This document shows, in pieces, positions 14,101-25,196 of a stretch of 64,000 nt of DNA. Under the pieces are notes generated by a model. That model did no database searches. It was given only the letters and a program-made list of their open reading frames with translations, and had not been told where the DNA came from. The DNA is from Octopus sinensis (lineage: Eukaryota): positions 83,018,001 to 83,082,000 of the forward strand of contig NC_042999.1 in the NCBI RefSeq assembly GCF_006345805.1, read 5' to 3'. Position 1 is the stretch's first letter, and each line of letters begins with the position of its first letter. A program made the translations under genes and the position numbers.

Positions 14101-14344
14101 TGTCTCCTTGTTCTTTTGTTATTTTATGGGTTGGTTTCAGTTATTGAATTATGGCCATGCTGGGCTAGTGCCTTCAAGAGCATAACTTTTCATACCAACC
14201 TGCCTGAGATCACCTTTACGTAGTTCTGTGATATAAACTTCCTGTTTTAGAAGTGATTGAAATTAAAACCCTTCATTAAGATTTCATGTTAATTTATGCT
14301 TTAGACACTGTTTAGTAAACGTTAACGTGTTACCTTTTACTTTG

Positions 14345-14655
14345 CACCAGTCATTGGACTGTGGCCATACTGCAGCACTTCCTTGAAGTCTTTAGTCGAA
14401 TCAACCCTAATACTTTTTTTTTTTTAAGTCTGGTACTTATTTTATCAGTCTCTATTGCCAAACTGCAAAGTGTCATGGACATAAACAAACCAAACAGTGG
14501 CAGGGGACAAATATATATATGATGGGCTTCCATACACTTTCTTTCTACTAAATTCTTTCGCAAAGCATTGGCTAGCCTGGAGCTATAGTAGACATTTGCT
14601 CTAAGTGTCTTACAATGGAGCATGGACCCAAAACTACATGGTTGCAAATGAGCTT
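14345..14655 (-). mobile_element. Family A SINE, diverged
   Basis: Reverse complement matches the tail, core and head of family A. Confidence 0.7.
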
Positions 14656-15720
14656 CTTAATCTCACAGCTAAAGCTGTGTATTTCAGAAGCCCTCAAAAT
14701 AAAGGGGTGCAAAAGGGTTCATCAATCATATCAACCTCAGTATTTTGTTTGATACTTCTTTTATCAATCTTGGAAGCAGTGAAAGTAAAGTGTGACTTGG
14801 AGTAGGATTTGAACTCAACAGTTTAAAGAGACAAACCAAATGCCACAATTTTTTTTTTATCCAATGATTTACCAGTTCCGCCAAACTGCTGACCAATCTT
14901 GTGTTTCGTGATTAAGTTAGTAACAGGAAAGGCATCCAGTCATAGAACATTGCTTTGAGAAAATACTTTGTGTCTAACAGTATAAAAAAAAAAGCAAAAA
15001 TTAAAACAATGGTAGCAATAATGAATTATTGGATAATATAACTCTGGGTGTACAAGAGAGATAACTTAGTAATGTCTGGAACACCTTTGACTCAAGTATG
15101 CTCAGTCAAGACTCACCTGGCACTAAACAACAACAACAACAACAACAAGAGCAACATCATTTGCGTCATATTCATAATGTTGCTTGTTTGTAAATATTTT
15201 CTACAAAGAGTAGCTTATTTGAGACGTAGCTTGTAAATCGTTGCCTGTCTTCTCAGAAACACATTAAACAGAAGAACTATTAGCAGATGTTAGCTGCTCT
15301 GAAAAGCTTATGATATGAAACTTAACTAATTGTCGTTATCATCAGCATAACATTCACTATTATCAACCTCAGCCTTCTCCTCCTTGTCATCATCAGCCAG
15401 GGTACTCCCAGAGTTGTTATCTGCCATGCTGCAGGAACCTCTCCTCCATCATACTCCACTCAATTAATCACCTACCATCCCTTACTATATAATCTTCACT
15501 CACCTGGTTATGCGCTGTTACTTCTATTTCTGTAGCTTCATCTTCAGATAAACAGATCTAAATGTTAACCTTTGTTAAAGACAAACAGTAGTATTAAGAC
15601 GTGTTTTCATATTTCCACTTATTCACTAGATAGGCACAAGTGTGGCTGTGTGGTAAGAAGTTTGCTTCCCAACCACATGGTTCTGGGTTCAGTTCTACTG
15701 CATGGTACATTGGGCAAGTG

Positions 15721-16236
15721 GGATCTCTTCTGTTTGGTTTACAGATTTCTTAATTATTTTTCTTTAACTAAACAGCGGTGGTGCCCCAGCATGGCCGCGA
15801 CCTTCAGACTAAAACATTTTTAAGGATTTAAGGAAACAGTTTGAAACTTCGTATACTGGTGTAATTTCTTATACTGAATACAGTTTACTTTCAACATTTT
15901 TGACAAAATTTTGTATTTTAGAAGTTATTTCATGTTTGTTGTATTTGGGTAATTTTAACCAATCAACAATGTGTATTCAGCTGAAGAAACCTACTGCTGT
16001 TTGCGATCGTAATCAAAGAGCAGTAGGTTTCTTCTGCTGAATACATGTCCTTGATTGGTTAAAATTACCCAAATACGACAACTTTAACATAAAATAACTT
16101 CTAAAATATGAAATTTTGTCAAAAAATGGAAAGTAAACTGTGTTCAGCATGAGAAATTACACCAGTATATGAAGTTTCAAACTGTTTAGTTAAAAAAAAA
16201 TAATTAAAAAATCTGTGAACGAAACTGAAGAGATCT
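15721..16236. mobile_element. Foldback (long-TIR) non-autonomous DNA element with 8-bp TSD, inserted in a family A SINE
   Basis: Arms of ~223 bp (15721-16003 minus a 57-bp insert; 16014-16236), roughly 88-90% identical by eye, with a 10-bp spacer; GGCAAGTG at 15713-15720 and 16237-16244. Confidence 0.85.
15776..15832 (+). mobile_element. 5'-truncated family A SINE tail inserted in the left foldback arm
   Basis: CGGTGGTGCCCCAGCATGGCCGC... flanked by AAACAG at 15770-15775 and 15833-15838; the right arm shows the empty site. Confidence 0.8.
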
Positions 16237-17282
16237 GGCAAGTGTTTTGGGTTAACCAAGCTCATTGTATATGTGTGGGTTTGTGTTTGTCCTCCACCAT
16301 CACTTGATAACTGATGTTGGTGTGTTTGCATCCCCCATGAACTAGCGCTTCAGTAAAAGATACCGATAGAATAAATACCAGGCTGGGATCAATTCATTCC
16401 ACTAAAATTCTTCACGGTAGTGCCCCAGCATGGCCTCAGCCTAATGACTAAAACCAGTAACAAAAAAAAAAAAGAAAGAAAAATCAGAGTTTAGTTGATA
16501 CCATTGCTGGCAGTATTTCACTGGCACTTTATTGATAAAAGATAATACCAACAATAAAAAGCTTGAATGAATACTATGAGGCATTTCCTCTCATGCCCTA
16601 ATGAGAGTCCAATGCTCTCAATGAATATAGTCTTAGACACACTCACTGACATAAAAATAAAAAAATTCCACATAGTGAAACCAATAAGCACACTCAGTCA
16701 CAAACACACACACACACACACACACACTCTCTCTCTCTCTCTCTCTTTCCCCCTATATCCCCTCAAAACTCTGCTAATTCACATGTGTCTGTCATCTGGA
16801 GATGCTATTATTCTGACTTGTCTTCCACATTTTTTAATGGGGTGAACAGTTTGGTAAAGGGTGAGTAGAGTGCCTGGCAGGTGGTGTGGGGTATGTACAT
16901 ATGGTTCTTCCTGTCTGTATGCATTATGCACCTGTGCATGTATTTTACACAAGTGTGAGTGCGCACATATGCATATATATATAATACATAGACACACACA
17001 CATACACATGGGTATATATATATATATACATGCTCATATGTATACATACATATCTCAATATGTATGTCTTTTAATGATTGCATGCCTGTGTAGCTTACAC
17101 ATGCATGTTTGTGTGTGTGTATGTGTGATTGTAAATATGTTTTGGAAGAAGCTTGCTGCTCTGTTCCAATTCTATTGTATTATAATATTATATCCTTGTG
17201 GTGTGCCTTTCAAGAAACCAGAAACCCAGAAAGGTCATCCAGGGGCCAAGTGTGTTCTTTATATGTAGGTCATCTTCTTAGT

Positions 17283-17332
<50 letters not shown>

Positions 17333-17345
17333 GCTGCTGCTGCTA

Positions 17346-17377
<32 letters not shown>

Positions 17378-17402
17378 ACTACTACTACTACTACTACTAC
17401 TA
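17283..17402. repeat. (CTA)n/(CTG)n trinucleotide repeat
   Basis: Directly visible; source of the poly-Leu ORF 17109-17483. Confidence 0.97.
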
Positions 17403-18664
17403 TATTTACACTTCCATTTCCACCCCTATTCACCTGTTTTATTTGTTGCTTTTGATTTATGTCCCTTATTTATTATTAGTTGAATGGATGGACAGATGTA
17501 GAACAAGAGAGTGGAGGACAGAATGATAGACTGCTTCCTAGTTACCATTCTGGTCTGGTACATTGATTGTGTCCATGAAGACAATAATGATGATTGCTGA
17601 ATTGACAGTTGTTTTTTTATAAATCATGGGGGGGTGTATTGGTTGGGGTGCCATGACACTGTTTTTTCTTTTTGTTTTTTGGGTTGTGTTGGCAGTTGAA
17701 ACATTAGCAATGATGGTGTTAGTGGCATGTCTTTGACAAGTCAGTGAAGTGTGTCTCAGAGAGATAGAGAGTGAGTGGGTGCAGTGGGGGTGGGGGGAAA
17801 TGAAAGGCTAAGAAATTTCTGTCATGAAAGCTCTAGGTGTGTGTGTGTGTGTGTTTAAAGACTTGAAAATTTTTTTTTAATTTATTGTACAGAGCCTGCC
17901 TGGAGACAACCAACTAGTTGCAACTAGTAAATAAACCCCACTACCATCTACTACTACTACCACCACCACAACCAACATTACTGCTACAGTCAACTCCATT
18001 ATCAATCAATCACTGCATCCACCACCACCACCACCACCATCACAACCACCACCATCACCACTACTACTACTACTACCACCACCACCACCATTACCACTGC
18101 TATAGTCACCTCCAATATCACTCACACTGCATCCACCCCCACCGCTACTACTACTACTACTACTACTACTCATAGTATTTCTTCCAATTTTTCTTTTGCT
18201 TTAGTAGTGCTGCTCTAAGTGTTACCATGAAAACAATAGGAGAATTAAATTTCATGCCTACTAACAAACTCTCACTTGACCTCTTGTATAGAGTGTGTAA
18301 GCAGCTGAAATAAATCCCCTATCAACTAACTCATTATTGACTATTCAAAACCAGGACCCATCCTCTTTATTATTTTTTTTTTATCTTAGTGAATTTGGAG
18401 ACTTAGTACCTGTCTGTGTAATCTATTCCCCTTCTGGGTTTTAGAGTAGGCCAGAAGGAAAGGGAAAATGTGTTTAGGATGGGTTACTCATCATTAGATG
18501 TCTCTGATGAAGATTGGTTAGTTTATTTATTTACTTTGGTTCCAACACATCTTATATATATATATATATATATATATATCTAAATGTGAAACAAGGTGGA
18601 AAAAAAAGAGTACTCAAATACCAGTGGTAGAGTAATATGCTTTATTTAAAGCAGCAGAAAATTC

Positions 18665-18718
18665 AACAAAATCTGTTACTCTGAGTTTCTCGTTGCTGTT
18701 CATCAGACAGTTTTTGTT
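18665..18718 (-). ncRNA. Mirror-image hammerhead motif on the minus strand
   Basis: Same as the plus-strand copy except that stem II reads CA-GCAA-CG (one pair lost). Confidence 0.55.
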
Positions 18719-18748
18719 AGAATGGAACCGATATATAGGTTCCATTCT

Positions 18749-18802
18749 AACAAAAACTGTCTGATGAACGGCAACGAGAAACTCAGAGTAACAGATTTTG
18801 TT
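18749..18802 (+). ncRNA. Type I minimal hammerhead ribozyme motif (predicted cleavage after GUA, position 18790)
   Basis: Stem I CTGT(18757-60)/ACAG(18791-94), extended by AACAAAA/TTTTGTT; core CTGATGA 18761-67; stem II CG-GCAA-CG; GAAA 18778-81; near-palindromic stem III ACTCAGAGT. The 10.1/11.1 position is an A.A mismatch, so activity is uncertain. Confidence 0.65.
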
Positions 18803-18980
18803 GAATTTTCTGCTGCTTTAAATAAAGCATATATATATATATATATATATAAAATTTTGATAGAAATGGTAAGACAACAAAAGAGGGAAAGAGAAAGAGA
18901 CCTTGATATAATGTTCTGTATCTGTATATATATATATATTTGTGTTTTGCATAATGACTTACATAGATGGAAGATATTAA

Positions 18981-19014
18981 TCTAATAATTATTTTTATTC
19001 TTTTTCAGGTGAGT
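18981..19014 (+). promoter_or_regulatory. Candidate recursive splice site (ratchet point): 3' splice site immediately followed by a 5' splice site
   Basis: TCTAAT branch-like motif at 18981-86; 14 of the 15 nt at 18992-19006 are pyrimidines; AG 19007-08 is directly followed by GTGAGT 19009-14. Confidence 0.55.
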
Positions 19015-19279
19015 GAGATTCATCTAATCCTGAGTTTTATATATGTGTGTGTGTGCGCGTAATATATATATATATATATATGCACATAAGCTGAGGTATG
19101 TCGGAATTTTTTTCTTTACTATTTTATCTCAAAGTGCACCTCCTTTCAAAATTTTAATAATTCAACAGAAAAGTAGTTTTAGACAGAAAGCCACTATTGC
19201 TTAGCAACCTTGGAAGAATGAAATGCAAAGTTGACCATGCTGGGATTTGAACTCAGAATTATTATTACTATTATTAATA

Positions 19280-19500
19280 ATAATAATAATCCTTTCTACT
19301 ATAGACGTAAGGCTTGGAATTTGCGAGGAGGGAACTAGTCAATTACCCAGTGTTTCACTGGTACTTAATTTATCAACCTTGAGAGGATGAAAGGCTAAAG
19401 TCAACCTTGGTGGAATTTGAACTCAGAATGTAGTGACAGGCAAAATATTGCTAAGTATTTCTTTCATCCAGTATGCTAACAATTCTTCTAACTCACCACC
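19280..19500 (-). mobile_element. Family C SINE in (TAA)n
   Basis: Reverse complement of the family C head and core; a second similar copy lies at 19893-20110. Confidence 0.75.
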
Positions 19501-19533
<33 letters not shown>

Positions 19534-19534
<1 letters not shown>

Positions 19535-19849
19535 GAGCACTAAGAGGGTGCAAACATCTGCCAATGCAACACCAACGACCTTTCAATGATTAGCCAGAGA
19601 TGATTTTTAAAATGAGAATATCTGACTGCTCTCACAAATGAGAATACTAAAAATGAACCCGGCTTCTTTCAAAAATGAAGTGCAAAAAGAAACAGGAAAA
19701 ATAATCCAGAATCTAATCAATTTGTGTCAGTCATGAGGCCAAAGATCCCTGAAAGTTTCATTCAAATCCATCCAGTGGTTCATGAGATATCTTGTCCACA
19801 GACAAACAAATACGAATGAAAACAATACCTCTGCCATCGCTAAGGTGAA

Positions 19850-19855
<6 letters not shown>
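19534..19855 (-). mobile_element. Helentron-associated non-autonomous element (HINE/DINE-1-like)
   Basis: Minus strand begins with the degenerate hairpin ATTACCTTCACC-TTAGCGAT-GGCAGAGGTATT followed by a TTTG-type repeat, and ends with a subterminal repeat-like TTGGCAGATGTTTG plus the small stem-loop GCACCCTCTTAGTGC; inserted within (TAA)n. Confidence 0.65.
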
Positions 19856-19880
<25 letters not shown>

Positions 19881-19892
19881 TCAATAATAATA

Positions 19893-20110
19893 GTCCTTTC
19901 TACAGAAGGCACAAGATCTGAAATTTGGTACTGAAGGGACTAGCCGATTACATGAACCCCAGTGTCTCACTGGTACTTAATTCATTGAACCTGAAAGAAT
20001 GAAAGGCAAAGTCGACCTTGGTGGAATTTGAACTCAGAATGTAGCGATGGGCGAAATTGCCCTTAACATTTCGTCCAGCGTGCTAATGATTATGCCAGCT
20101 CACCACCTTA
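19893..20110 (-). mobile_element. Family C SINE in (TAA)n
   Basis: GGAATTTGAACTCAGAA (reverse B box) and AAAGGCAAAGTCGACC core are present. Confidence 0.75.
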
Positions 20111-20699
20111 ATAATAATGATAATTATAATAATAGTAAACATCATCATTGCATTAAGTAAAGTACAGACATCTTGATGAAAATGTAAATAAACTTATATA
20201 ATAGCATGGAGAACGGACGTTAAACGACGATGATGATGATGATGATGATGATAATTAATATTTCGAATATTGCTAATTTGATAGGGGGACTTTGCATTAA
20301 ACCCCACTGTGTAAAGAGTTCCTTGATAAAATCATAAAGTTCTCTTAGGGCAGTCTAACTGTGAAAATAATCTATTTTAAATAACTAATCAACACCAAAC
20401 CATTTTGCCCATTAAACATGAATGTAAAACATTAAACAAAAACGAAAAAAAAAAGAGTGGATTGCTTGGAGTTTAAATCTTTGATTAGTGAGAAATTTTG
20501 CTCAAAAAGCAGATGACTGAAATTTTGAAAATCCTAAAATTTCCAGAGCTTCCTTGGATTCCGTTTCAGCCCTAGGATATCTATCAACCTGCTGCATGTT
20601 GTTGCTTGGTCCCAAAACATTCCTGATCAAATAGACTTATAATCAAGTAAATTCGATTTGACTATCATGTCTTTTAGGGTTTTTAGGACTAGATTATTT

Positions 20700-21230
20700 A
20701 AATCAGCTATATCCAACCAAAATATTCTGCTTATTTTTTGTTGAAATTGGACATATCCAGCTTACAATGTCGTCCTAAAAGTAACATCTTTATCATTGAA
20801 ATCTCAAAGCTGTGAGATAATGCATGATTAATTCAAAACAACATTAATAAATAAGCATTACATTGAACGCATATCTCAGTGGCTAGAGTGTTGGGCCCAC
20901 AATTATGAGGCAGTGAGTTCAGTTCCTAGACCGGGCTGTGTGTTGTGTTCTTGAGAAAGACACTTTATTTCATGTTGCTCCAGTTCACTCAGCTGTAGAA
21001 ATGAACTGCGATGCTACTAGTGCCAAAGCTGTACTGTTCTTTGCATTTCCATTGGATAACGTTGGTGGTGTTGAAAGAGGAGGATGGTATGCATGGGTGA
21101 CTGCTGGTCTTCCGTAAACAACTTTGCCTGGACTTTCTAGGTGCAATTCCATGGTCACTCATGAGTGAAAAGAGTATTTACCCATTACCCTTTTATATTT
21201 GACAGAGTAATCTGAATGCTAAAAGGTTAA
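20700..21230. mobile_element. piggyBac-like MITE interrupted by a family B-like SINE (~20870-21190)
   Basis: Right end AATGCTAAAAGG-TTAA (21215-21230); the body is the reverse complement of 57872-58088; the left end is eroded. Confidence 0.55.
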
Positions 21231-23035
21231 TGTATCCTTCCTCTTTTATGTCAATTAGGTTTAATTTTGGGGTTGGCTTATAAGTTAAGTTTCAATAAAT
21301 GAAACAGGCCTTTTTTTTTTCTTTGAATTTATGCAGGCATAGCCGTGTGGTTGAGAAGCATCCTTCCCAACCATGTAGTCTTTGGCTGAGTCCCATTTTG
21401 TGCCATTTTGAGCAAGTGTCTTTTACTATAGCCCCAAACTGACCATGGTTTTGTGAGTCAATTTTGTCGATGGAAACTGAAAGAAGCTCATCCTGTATAT
21501 ATATGTATGGGTTGGTGACAGAAAGGGCATCTGGTCATAGAAAAATCTGCTTCGAAAAATTCTGTCTGAAGCATGGAAAAGTGGACGTTAAATTGATGAA
21601 GATGATGGTGACAACATTCACCGTCTGTTTTCTTCACTTGAATTCTTAAATTACTCGACATTTACCTTAATTCTCTTGGCCACCTTCACTCACCAAGCAG
21701 TTAGCTTTATTTTAGCCTGGGGCAGGGTAGGAGAGTAGGGGGGGATTGTTAGTTTCCTGATTGTTTCATCAAGGTAAATAATTGCATTTGGGGGTCCAGG
21801 GTTTCTCACTGCTCCCCCCTCTCTCACACACACACTTCCATGATGCTGTTGGCAATAGTATGTATTCCTAGGGTGTATATAAACAGACCTTGGCTTCCAT
21901 GTACATGTTTGTATGTGCGCACGTGTCTGTCATTTTGTATTTGTTTTTGTGTGCGTCATTGCATACTCAGAAGTTAGTGTATGTATATGTTAGTTTATGT
22001 ATATGTGTATTTGTGTGTGTTTGTGCATGTTACTCTTTGCAGCTGTAGGAATGACAGTGTATATGTGTGTACGTACATATGTATCTATGTATGACCTCCA
22101 CTTAGATATTTGATTCAGAGGCTGTTGCACTATCTGCTGACAAGTGTGCATGTGCATATGTATATGCATGTGGTTTGCAGCTCTCTTGAGTATTACTGTG
22201 TGTAAGTGGTGTTTGCAGCTATGCCTATGTTACTGTTTGTGCATGTGTGTGTGTGTGTGTGTGTGTTTCTCTGTGTGTGCACGCATGTGTAACATCATGT
22301 TATGACACTGACACACTATGATGCTTAACGTGATCTCATGACCTGTACACATGTGCACCTCTTTGTTTAGTGTGTTTGATAACTGTGTATATCTTTGTTA
22401 GGCTAATCATTCCAGAGTGTGTACTGCGTTCATAGTGATGAATGGTACGGACCTTCTCCATGCTATAAACAACAGAAACATTGCTATATTGTTTGTGAGG
22501 CTTTCCTGATAAGAGACAAACAAAAACAGGCCATTTGCCATGTGAAGGGTGGGATTGTCTGGTCATTTCTGGTCTATGAGAGAGAGAGAGAGAGAGAGAG
22601 AGATGATGGAAGATAATAAGGGTGTGGAAGATATAGGTCGAATGAAGGGGTGCAACAGTAACCATCATCTTGCTGGGATGGTTGCAGCCATGGAGGTGGT
22701 AGAAATGGTAGGGGTTTGTATTTAATAAAAAAATAAAATAAAAATGAAGGCAGGAATGTGTTTACTATGATCCTGTTGTATCCTTGAGAAAAGCAAGGTT
22801 CTCTTTGTCTTGTTGCTTGCTTTCTAGTTCATCATCATCATCATATTCATTTAGTGTTGGGGTGGTAGTGGGCAAACAACATCATATGATAACAACAATA
22901 TCATCAATAATGAACAAAAATGAAGTTAAACACTCATTGATACATGTATGTGTGTGCATGCATATATAACATATACATATAATACACATACACACATACA
23001 AACACACATGCACACTCACATATTATCTATGTATA

Positions 23036-23300
23036 TATTGAGTTGTCCGGAAAGTTCGTGCCGATTTATAGTAGCTTACCTTTCGACTTATTTTAGAACA
23101 TGGTTGAGTCCATAAAATAGGATTTGACTACACCTCCATTTAGAGCACACTTTGAGCTATCTTTTTTGTGGTTTATGTTCCTATAACCTTTTTGTAGGTT
23201 TATGTTCCTATAACCTGTGTTATTTCTGTAACCCTTTAAAATGGAAGTTCATTTTCGGCACTTGATGCTTTGGGAACCAGACAAAAATTGCTACAGCTCC
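23036..23300 (+). mobile_element. mariner transposon 5' fragment (TIR plus start of transposase, internally deleted)
   Basis: TA followed by TTGAGTTGTCCGGAAAGTTCGTGCCGATTT, a mariner-type TIR. ATG at 23241 gives MEVHFRHLMLWE, similar to the HFRH-containing N-terminus of mellifera-type mariner transposases. No right TIR found. Confidence 0.7.
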
Positions 23301-25165
23301 TAGGATGAACTAGGAGACCATCAAGCTCTGGAATGATACAGACAGACTCTCCCCTTTATATCTTTGAAGTATGTAGATATGTGTGTGTATGTGTTTGAGA
23401 ATCAACATCTATATGTTGTTTTTGAATTCAAAAATAGTGCATGAAGGTCTATGACCTCTCGCTTATATTCTTTGACAGTTTCTTCTTCTTGACCCTGAGG
23501 TTGTTTGTTTTTGAAATAAATGAAAAATATAAATGTTTGCATTGAATTACACACAGAAGAGATAAACTGTATACAAGAGCTATCAGTTATGGTGTGCAAG
23601 AGAGAACATTTACTGGTAATGACACGTGATGTGTATAGAATGGTGACATTTGGGTAAAGAAGAGCTAGATGAGTCTTTCTGAATGGCTCGCCTAACAAAA
23701 AAAAATCTTGAAATGTTTTAGTTGTAAGACCTGCCTGATGATAACTCCTGTCTCATGTAGCCTGTTCTTGGCAAAGGTTGCTTTTGTCTGATCTAAATGA
23801 TAACAATCTGCGGATGAAGAAGACAAGAGGCAAAATGGTGAAAACTAATTTCTGGAGGTTAAATTTCAAGAAAGAGAGAGCAGTGGATACGGCAAGTGAA
23901 TGATGAGACGCTGCAATGGAGGAAGACATATCCAACCTATGCAAACGCCAATGTATTTATTTAGTCCAGCATTCGCTTGATTAGAGAACATGATCTGCAT
24001 GGGTTGGACAGTTTAACCAGAGCTGGCAAGCTGGGAGCTATACTAAGTTCCAGTTTGATTTGGTTTGGTTTTGGTTTCTACAGCTGGAAACCTAATGCTA
24101 ACCACTTTACACTGTGTGCTGGGTGCTTTTAACATGGCGCCAGAATGAGCTCTTTAACATGGTGCTGACACAAATGTTTTCTATGTGGCACCAACATAAG
24201 TGCTTTTCACATGGCACCAAGTCAGAGCTCTTGCAGGCTAATCCCCTTCATCAGGAGGAGTGGCCTTAGAACTTCTGCAGTAGTGGATGGGTCTTCTTGA
24301 GTATTTCAGTCCTTTGTCATCTCATCTGAAAAGTTTCCAGTATATTACTGGTATTTTCTTGAATCACCTTTTACCCATGTCTACAAGAGAGATCAAGTAA
24401 CGACAGGAAAAAAACAAAAAACAAACATAAAATGAAAATATTTAGATGTTGACCCATGAAGAATTTAGACTCACAAAAAAAATGAAAGTATGAACTTGGA
24501 AATATTCAGACTGTGTGTTGTACTTATCGACTCTCTTCTATCTTGTTTCCTTTGGTAAACATTGATTACAGTAAATGCACAAAGCGCCACCACTCTATAC
24601 ACCTCTCTATAAACCCACCTTCCTGTCTTATGCTTGGTCAGCTCCTCTACACCCAATCATGACCTCTCACCTCTGTGTTGTGTTTGTTCAAAATAATCAC
24701 ACATACACACATACACACCGATACCCCTCCATACACATGTAGATGGTTTGATCAGTACCTTTGCATGCAGAGTGGAACAGATGGAGAGGTGGGGTTATGG
24801 GGTGAGTGTTTATTGGTTGTGCAAGCAGAGACACAGGGTGAATAGAGAAAGAACTATTCAAACACATTTCCTGTCCTTGTTGTTGTTGTTGTTGTATTGT
24901 TTGGTTGAGGATTTAAGGAAGGATTTAGAGATTGAAATCTAGAAAATTTGAAGCTTGGTTTGGCTTTTGTGTGTGTGTGTGTGTGTGTGCATGAGTGTAC
25001 AAAAACACACATGTGTATGTACCCACTTGCGTACTGCTGTGTACATATGTGTAATATGTAAATGTAATGAAACCTGAATCACAGAAAACGAAAAATGAGA
25101 TAAGATTGTTTGGCGCCACTGTTGTAATACCGATGACAATGGTGGTGGTAGTGGTGAAGGCGGTG

Positions 25166-25196
<31 letters not shown>

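Larger units (their letters stand above)
18580..18832. mobile_element. Penelope-like terminal repeat with an inverted partial copy (95-bp-arm palindrome 18635-18832)
   Basis: Arms 18635-18729 and 18738-18832 differ at one position, with an 8-bp spacer. The left arm extends ~55 bp further as an AATAAA-containing tail. The PLE assignment is inferred from the hammerhead motif and the inverted arrangement. Confidence 0.7.

Noticed and set aside
15111-15140. Minus-strand CCAG|GTGAGT resembling a second ratchet point
   Set aside because: Upstream is (TTG)n plus TTTAGTGCCAG, the start of a dispersed repeat; no branch point or clean pyrimidine tract.
17109-18175. Poly-Leu and poly-His/Tyr ORFs
   Set aside because: Products of (CTA/CTG)n and (CAC/TAC)n repeats.
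24221-24258. Minus-strand CTGATGA-AGG...CCT-GCAA motif
   Set aside because: GCAA instead of GAAA, G at the cleavage position, and no stem I.
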